Positions 21,902 through 27,808 of a DNA stretch of 27,808 nucleotides are shown here, in pieces. The stretch lies in NCBI GenBank assembly GCA_963837175.1, contig CAWIMJ010000020.1, forward strand, positions 1 to 27,808, written 5' to 3'. The position numbers and the translations under genes are program-made. The DNA comes from an uncultured Nitrososphaeraceae archaeon. Its GTDB lineage: Archaea > Thermoproteota > Nitrososphaeria > Nitrososphaerales > Nitrososphaeraceae. Each line of letters opens with the position of its first letter. The first letter of the stretch is position 1. Below the pieces are notes generated by a model. It worked only from the letters and a program-made list of their open reading frames with translations. It was not told the DNA's origin and made no database searches.

Positions 21902-23320
21902 ATGGTAAAAGAGTCCACTTCGCTTTCTAGCATTAAGAAATTATCAGAGAAAATAAGGAATCAAGAACTATCTTCAGTGGATTTAGTTGAAGTTTGCATA
22001 AAAAGAATTAATAAATTTAATCCATGTTTGAATTCTTTCATTACTGTTATAAATGAGCGAGCATATAAGGATGCAGAAATAATTGAAAAGGAAATCAGAC
22101 GGGGAGTAGATCGTGGACCGTTACATGGCATTCCATTTTCAATTAAAGATATTATTTCTGCAGAAGGAGTTAGATGTACCGCCGGCTCAAAAATTATGTC
22201 CAATTATGTTTCAAATATCGACTCAACGGTAGTTGCAAGAATGAGAAAAGCAGGCGCCATTCTACTTGGAACAAATAACTTAAATGAATTTGCTTCTGGT
22301 ATAACAGGTATAAATCCTCATTACGGTTCATCCAAAAACCCATGGAATATTCACAGAATATCAGGTGGATCGAGCGGTGGATCTGCTGTAGCAGTTGCAA
22401 CAGGGATGGTACCTGTATCTTTAGGAACAGATACCGGTGGTTCTATTAGAGTTCCCTCCTCGCTATGTGGAGTCGTAGGTTTGAAGCCTACCTATGGAAG
22501 GGTCAGCAAATATGGAGTTATGGATTTAGCCCCTTCACTAGATCACATAGGATGCATAACCAGGAGCGCATGGGATGCAGCTGTTGTATTGCAGATTATT
22601 GCTGGTCGTTCTCCAGTCGATATGTTCGAGAATCAAACTATTCTTTGCGATAAAAAACTATTTGCAGAACCTAAAGATAAGAAATCGTCTATTGGAATTC
22701 CAAAACAATATTTTTTCGATTATCTACAATCAGAAGTAAAATACATTATCAATGATTTCATAGATACTACAGGATTGGCAGATAGTATACTCGAGATAAA
22801 TTTAGAGAAGACAGATAAAATACATGAGTCATGGAAAAGTATAAGATTTGCAGAAGCAACAGAAATCCACATGAAATGGCTTACTACAAGGCCTGATGAT
22901 TACGGCGACGATGTAAGAAGAATGCTATTGGAAGGAAATAATATATCTGCTATCGACTATATTCACGCTCACAGAGTGAGAAATGAAATGAGAAGAGAAT
23001 TTCTAAATATACTAACAAAAGTTGATGTCGTTATTGTACCAACAACTATTCTTACTGCGCCTAGATTTGATGATTTGGAAGCTAGCGAGATTAATGGCAA
23101 ATCTATAGAAGTACGCGAAGCTTTATTGAGAAACGCCATCCTCTTTAACAGCACAGGTCTGCCAGCAATTAGTATTCCGGTTGGATTAACCAAAGATGGA
23201 ATGCCTGTAGGAGTACAAATTGTAGGATCTCTATTTCAGGAGGAAAAGATTCTTTCATTGGCATACAGATATGAATGCATCAATAATAGTCTCAATAAAT
23301 TTGTTCCTCCATTACACTGA
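21902..23320 (+). CDS. Amidase-signature family amidase (GatA-related, probably not GatA itself)
   Basis: [12 protein letters not shown] (catalytic Lys), GGSSGGSA and [28 protein letters not shown]. Lacks the GatA SSNLARxDG motif; no gatB or gatC nearby. Confidence 0.92.
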   Translation: MVKESTSLSSIKKLSEKIRNQELSSVDLVEVCIKRINKFNPCLNSFITVINERAYKDAEIIEKEIRRGVDRGPLHGIPFSIKDIISAEGVRCTAGSKIMSNYVSNIDSTVVARMRKAGAILLGTNNLNEFASGITGINPHYGSSKNPWNIHRISGGSSGGSAVAVATGMVPVSLGTDTGGSIRVPSSLCGVVGLKPTYGRVSKYGVMDLAPSLDHIGCITRSAWDAAVVLQIIAGRSPVDMFENQTILCDKKLFAEPKDKKSSIGIPKQYFFDYLQSEVKYIINDFIDTTGLADSILEINLEKTDKIHESWKSIRFAEATEIHMKWLTTRPDDYGDDVRRMLLEGNNISAIDYIHAHRVRNEMRREFLNILTKVDVVIVPTTILTAPRFDDLEASEINGKSIEVREALLRNAILFNSTGLPAISIPVGLTKDGMPVGVQIVGSLFQEEKILSLAYRYECINNSLNKFVPPLH

Positions 23321-23382
23321 CTGCTTAAGCACTTAGTTAAATGTCAAGTATTTATCGGCATTATTAAACAATAATTTCATTA

Positions 23383-23997
23383 TTATCCAATCGAATCGAA
23401 TTTGGAGAGTGATTTCCACAGATACCACGTAGCTATGCTTCTGTAAGGCTTCCATGGTTGAGCTATAACCAGCATTGTAGAAGGCGTAGGAAGTTCTGGC
23501 AAGCTATAAACTTTCTGGATAGCCTTTCTCACACCTAGGTCACCTACAGGAAAGATATCCTGTCTGCCTAAACAAAATATCAAAAACATTTCCGCAGTCC
23601 ATCGACCAATTCCTTTTACTTGTATCAATTCGTTAACGATTTCTTCATCCGTCATTTTCGATATTAACGCTAAGTTTAGCCTTCTATCTATAATTCTTGC
23701 AGAAAGATCCTTTATATATTCTATCTTTTTACCTGATAATCCAACTTTGGCTTTTAGCATAGAAGCAGGAGTTGATAGAATTTGGTCAGGTGTGGGTGAA
23801 ATATTATTGTAATAGTCCAGAAATCGTCCATTGATAACATTAGCAACTCTTCCTGCAAGTTGCTGAAAGATTATAGATTCTATTAGTGATTGGAATGGAT
23901 CATTTCTGGTTTTAATTGAATATTTTCCAATAGATTTAATTAACTCGGCTAACCGAAAATCAGTTTGAGATAGATAATTAACGGGTTCTACGCTCAT
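23383..23997 (-). CDS. alkA: DNA-3-methyladenine glycosylase II family (HhH-GPD)
   Basis: IIFQQLA, GLSGKKIEYI, HhH LIQVKGIGRWTAEMFL, FPVGDLGVR and WKPYRSIATWYLW. Confidence 0.92.
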   Translation of the reverse strand: MSVEPVNYLSQTDFRLAELIKSIGKYSIKTRNDPFQSLIESIIFQQLAGRVANVINGRFLDYYNNISPTPDQILSTPASMLKAKVGLSGKKIEYIKDLSARIIDRRLNLALISKMTDEEIVNELIQVKGIGRWTAEMFLIFCLGRQDIFPVGDLGVRKAIQKVYSLPELPTPSTMLVIAQPWKPYRSIATWYLWKSLSKFDSIG

Positions 23998-23998
23998 A

Positions 23999-24023
23999 TT
24001 ATTTGTATCCGGATATCAAATAA
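23999..24023. promoter_or_regulatory. Near-perfect palindrome directly upstream of the alkA start codon
   Basis: TTATTTGTATCC/GGATA(T)CAAATAA: 12-bp arms with one bulged base. Confidence 0.4.
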
Positions 24024-24430
24024 AAATACTTTAAGATTGTTCTCAAGAAGAATTGATTAATATAAAATTAACACTGTAATTGACATCGCACATAACTATG
24101 GAAGTAGGAGTTATGGATCATATATTATAATAATTATTATATGCAATACTTTTCGTTTCGTTTAACCAAATGCTGTTATATGAAAGCTTATTTGCTATAG
24201 GTCTAAGAATTTTATCCTTACATTATAGGAATTTTTTTTATGATAATTACATTATTAATTGCCACATACATCTTCACTAAGAATTTGAAATAACTGTTGC
24301 TTCTTGATCAAATCAATACACTGAACCTAATTCAGTGACTTATAATATGGTTAATGTTATAAAAAGTTGAAAAGTTAAACTTTTTTATTGCGTAATTCAT
24401 AAAGATAGCTTGAGATGGTAATCTCTTTTA

Positions 24431-25777
24431 ATGAACTTTAGGATGAACTCAACAATTATACATATCAAGACACTCTCTGTTATCTGTATTTTTCTTATAA
24501 CAATTTTAACACTTAACATTTTAGCAACACCTAGTTTTATTCTTTTGTCTTTTGCTAAAAAAGAGGTTACATTAACAGCTCTCTTAGTCGAGCCAAGAGA
24601 TAGATGGGACATGCTTATTTCAATGGCATTACAGGATTTAAGAACAAAACATCCTGACTATGATATTCGGGTTAACTATACTATTTTAAAATATAATGAT
24701 GCTCGGACACAGATGTCAAATTTAATGGCTAACCAAACTTCAGTTGATCTACTTTCCATAGATCAGATCTGGCTTGGAGAGTTTGCTGAAAAAGGATTTC
24801 TAACTGATCTTACAACTCGTACAGAAAATTGGGGAAGAGCTTCTGATTGGTATGAAACGAATTGGGATGGCGGTGGTTATAAAGATAAGATATATGGTAT
24901 CTGGGCTTGGACTGACGTAAGGAGTATATGGTATTGGAAGGATCTCTTAAATAAGTCAAGTGTTGATCCTAATTCCTTAAAGACATGGGAAGGATATATT
25001 GCATCTGCAAAGAAGCTTAATGACGCTTTAAAAGGTCAGGGAATATACGGGATCGAGCTCCTTGGTGGTCCAGGTTCTCAAAATGAGTGGTATCCATTTC
25101 TGTGGATGCTTGGAGGAGATATAATTGAGAATAGGCCAGGGCATCCAATAAAAGGTAGATATTGGTTTCCAAGCTATAATAGCACAGAAGGAGTTAAAGC
25201 GTTGCAATTTTTCAAAACGCTAGTTGATGCAGGTGTCAAACCAATAAAAGCTGATGTTGAAAAAGAATTTGTTGATCGGAAATATGCAATTATGCTTGCT
25301 GGTTCATGGTTGCCGGGATACTTTTTGTCCCTTACAAATAAAAATCTCGAACAGCATGTAGGTATGATACCAATGTTTCCAGTACCAAATGAAAATACTT
25401 CAACTACAACTATTATGGGAGGATGGGAGTTGAGTATTCCAAATAGTTCGAAAAATAAGGAGTTGGCTTGGGAATTAATCACGATAATGCTAGAACCCAA
25501 AATACTTTCCTCTATGCTAGCAAAATACGGGTATCTTCCGACTCAGGTACCCATCGGGGAAGGTCCTTACTCAACAGATTTGCGTAAATCAATTCCGTAC
25601 TATGATGAATTGATCTCGTTGATCCTTTCTGGAAGAGCTAGGCCCAATATACCGGAATATCCTCAGATAGCCGTTCATATAAGCGAAGCAATCGATGATG
25701 TTTACTCTGGTATCAAAGCACCTAAGCAAGCTTTGGATGATGCTGCTGCAAAATCTGCAAAGGCCTTGGGATGGTAA
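24431..25777 (+). CDS. Extracellular solute-binding protein, carbohydrate-ABC type, no adjacent permease or ATPase
   Basis: N-terminal hydrophobic signal; VDLLSIDQIWLGEFAEKGFLTDL, WYWKDLL, TWEGYI, TIMGGWELSIP..SKNKELAWE and KQALDDAA. Confidence 0.9.
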   Translation: MNFRMNSTIIHIKTLSVICIFLITILTLNILATPSFILLSFAKKEVTLTALLVEPRDRWDMLISMALQDLRTKHPDYDIRVNYTILKYNDARTQMSNLMANQTSVDLLSIDQIWLGEFAEKGFLTDLTTRTENWGRASDWYETNWDGGGYKDKIYGIWAWTDVRSIWYWKDLLNKSSVDPNSLKTWEGYIASAKKLNDALKGQGIYGIELLGGPGSQNEWYPFLWMLGGDIIENRPGHPIKGRYWFPSYNSTEGVKALQFFKTLVDAGVKPIKADVEKEFVDRKYAIMLAGSWLPGYFLSLTNKNLEQHVGMIPMFPVPNENTSTTTIMGGWELSIPNSSKNKELAWELITIMLEPKILSSMLAKYGYLPTQVPIGEGPYSTDLRKSIPYYDELISLILSGRARPNIPEYPQIAVHISEAIDDVYSGIKAPKQALDDAAAKSAKALGW

Positions 25778-25898
25778 ACTAATACCTGTCAAAGCTTGTT
25801 GGCTATTATTTTTCAACTTACGACAAGCGAAATAATTCTGAAGTCAATTGATCTATATACACTTTTTTCATATTATTACAGTCCTTTTAAAGTTTGGT

Positions 25899-26556
25899 TC
25901 ATTTGAGTTCAGCTATTACAGTATCCAAATATTATTTTATATCGTCATATGATTTTTCCAATTCTGTTGTTCTTTCTTTTTACTTCCTTAAGTAGAAAAT
26001 CACGTTCCACTTTGCAAGTGGTACTATTAATACTGCTATTACAGCAGTAGTACCAATTGGAAATGAAAACAATCTTATCCTTTGTAAAAAAAGGACGTCT
26101 CCAACTGTCCATAAATTCCTTTCGTAGGTGTTACCTTCTGAAGGAAATACTTTGGTTCACCATTAACAAAAAATTGGATGTGCAGTAATCAATCTTTCGC
26201 CTTGTCCATAATCATAGACTGCATAATCGGAATTAGCTGATGATAAGCTCCGTGTTAGATTATTCAGTATCCTGTTCTGATCTATAAATTGCTGTACTTC
26301 ATACCCAAAAAAGTTCTTTCCGATTAAGGTCTGATTTGCACCGATAGCCAGCAAAGTTGCATTGTTGTCAAAAGCAACTAAAAACTGTGAACCTATAATT
26401 TGAACATTTCCATAATGTGCAAAAATGTTTACAGTAGGAATTGATGATGCTTCTACTAATCCAATATATATTGTCTTGTTTCTCTATTTATTATTGGCTG
26501 CGATAAAAAATTTATATACATCTCGCCTTTCAAACCATCAGAGAGTATTGGCATTA
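25899..26556 (-). pseudogene. Cache-like membrane sensor remnant (extracellular domain, TM helix, short coiled coil)
   Basis: Across frameshifts: QPIINRETRQY/IGLV..SIPTVNIFAHYGNV...SQFLVAFDNNATLLAIGANQTLIGKNFFG...YDYGQGERLITAHPIF/VNGEPKYFLQKVTPT, hydrophobic GTTAVIAVLIVPLAKWN, then ERTTELEKSYDDIK*YLDTVIAELK*. The 5' end is not recognisable. Confidence 0.72.
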
Positions 26557-26791
26557 AATATTTTCTTCTCATTTACTCAACCAAGCCCTCATTGACACGT
26601 CCTTTGGAAATCGCGCAGAAGGGTTATGAGGTTTCCTGTTTTTCTCAATACTCATCTATGAAATCAAGCGAACTTTTACCTTATGTATCCAATATGGCCA
26701 AGTAATTCATAAAATGCACTAAAGATAATTATTATAAAAGAAAATAAAGTTATCACATTAAAAAAATCAAATAATATCTTTTCGTTTATAC

Positions 26792-27502
26792 TTACTTTTC
26801 TTGTTCTTCTATATTTTTATTATCGGCAATATTTAGCTTTTCACTTCTAACTTGTTCAGTAACTTGCTCTGTTTTAGTTACAGGATTTTTCTTTACAACT
26901 ACTTCTTCTTTTACATAGGGCTGCTTTAAGACTTCTACCTCTTCTTTTTTTAAAGGGATCTTTATTTCTGTTTTGGAATCTACTGGACTTTCAGACGATA
27001 TACTAGTATATTTTCTATCTCTAGGAGGTCTTTTTTCTATTGTAATTTCTTCATGTGTAACGGGTATTCCAATTGTTTTTGTTTCAGTTATTGCTTCTTT
27101 TGTTACTGTTGCTTCTTCAGTGGATTCCTCTTTGGATACATTCAGTCTTTCTTCCCTCAGAGGAATGCCAGTAGCAGTGTCTTGTGAAGCATCTGATTTA
27201 TCTTGTTCTTCTGTAAAATCTACATTTCCATATGATGAAGAATATTCATTACCGGTAGGTGGTGAGTCTCTCATAAACCTACTCTTTACTTCTTCTTTAG
27301 ATATATTGAATCGCAATACACTTCCATCATATGACTCGGCCATATTCTTTGGAATATAGAATTTCTCTTTGTTTATCATTCCTTTTTGTACTAAAACATA
27401 ATCATGACCCGTCTCCTGCACTTCTCCCAGGTCTTCGTCATCAGAACCTCTCGCTTCCTTCTTTATTACATCATCCCATTCTATATTATTTGAATTACTC
27501 AT
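26792..27502 (-). CDS. YsnF/AvaK (DUF2382) stress protein with N-terminal PRC-barrel/DUF2171-like domain
   Basis: KKEARGSDDEDLGEVQE..KFYIPK..ESYDG, then IPLREERLNVSK, IPVTHEEITIEKRP and IPLKKEEVEVLKQPYVKEEVVVKK. Confidence 0.88.
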   Translation of the reverse strand: MSNSNNIEWDDVIKKEARGSDDEDLGEVQETGHDYVLVQKGMINKEKFYIPKNMAESYDGSVLRFNISKEEVKSRFMRDSPPTGNEYSSSYGNVDFTEEQDKSDASQDTATGIPLREERLNVSKEESTEEATVTKEAITETKTIGIPVTHEEITIEKRPPRDRKYTSISSESPVDSKTEIKIPLKKEEVEVLKQPYVKEEVVVKKNPVTKTEQVTEQVRSEKLNIADNKNIEEQEK

Positions 27503-27808
27503 AAATCTTGTTACTAAATATATAATTTAACAGTTTTTAGAAGTACAAAATGAGTGTGATACTATGTTCTATAACTTCAGCATGCTCAACTTAACCACAT
27601 TTAATGTGAAATTTGTGAACTTGGTTCTCTATTTTCTGTCTCTATATATAAAAGATAAACGCAATCTCAATCACTTCTGTGATATATGTTGTCTAATATA
27701 TTTTGGTAATAACGATACTGCGTAGGCACTTGAGTTTGAACCATATTGACAATATATTTTTGTACTATCGTAAATAGACCTCACGTTTTCATATATGTTC
27801 TAGAGTTA

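Noticed and set aside
21902-23320. gatA assignment
   Set aside because: Lacks the SSNLARxDG signature and gatB/gatC context.

Overview
AT-rich (roughly 30% GC by eye), low-coding-density accessory region. The protein families (IS6 transposase type, Gln/Thr/Asn-rich helical paralogues, DUF72, YsnF-like, Cache-type sensor, micro zinc-finger ORFs) and TATA-type upstream sequences suggest a soil ammonia-oxidising archaeon (Nitrososphaeraceae); this is inferred from family recognition, not a search. Apparently intact genes: SagB/ThcOx-type nitroreductase, two phasin-like helical proteins, DUF892 ferritin-like protein, GNAT, Nudix hydrolase, amidohydrolase, YjbQ, amidase, AlkA-type glycosylase, an orphan sugar-type solute-binding protein and a YsnF/DUF2382 protein. 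There is a 701-bp IS6 element with 17-bp terminal inverted repeats, a frameshifted transposase and no target duplication, plus many pseudogenes hidden in apparent intergenic DNA. No rRNA, tRNA or CRISPR array was seen. The best leads are: a transporter-less solute-binding protein beside a decayed, kinase-less Cache sensor; a Cys-rich protein with a radical-SAM-like motif and one in-frame TAG; a ferritin-like protein with a highly basic tail; a DUF72 remnant with a PIP-box-like end; and the phasin-like pair. I see no clear multi-gene novel system.
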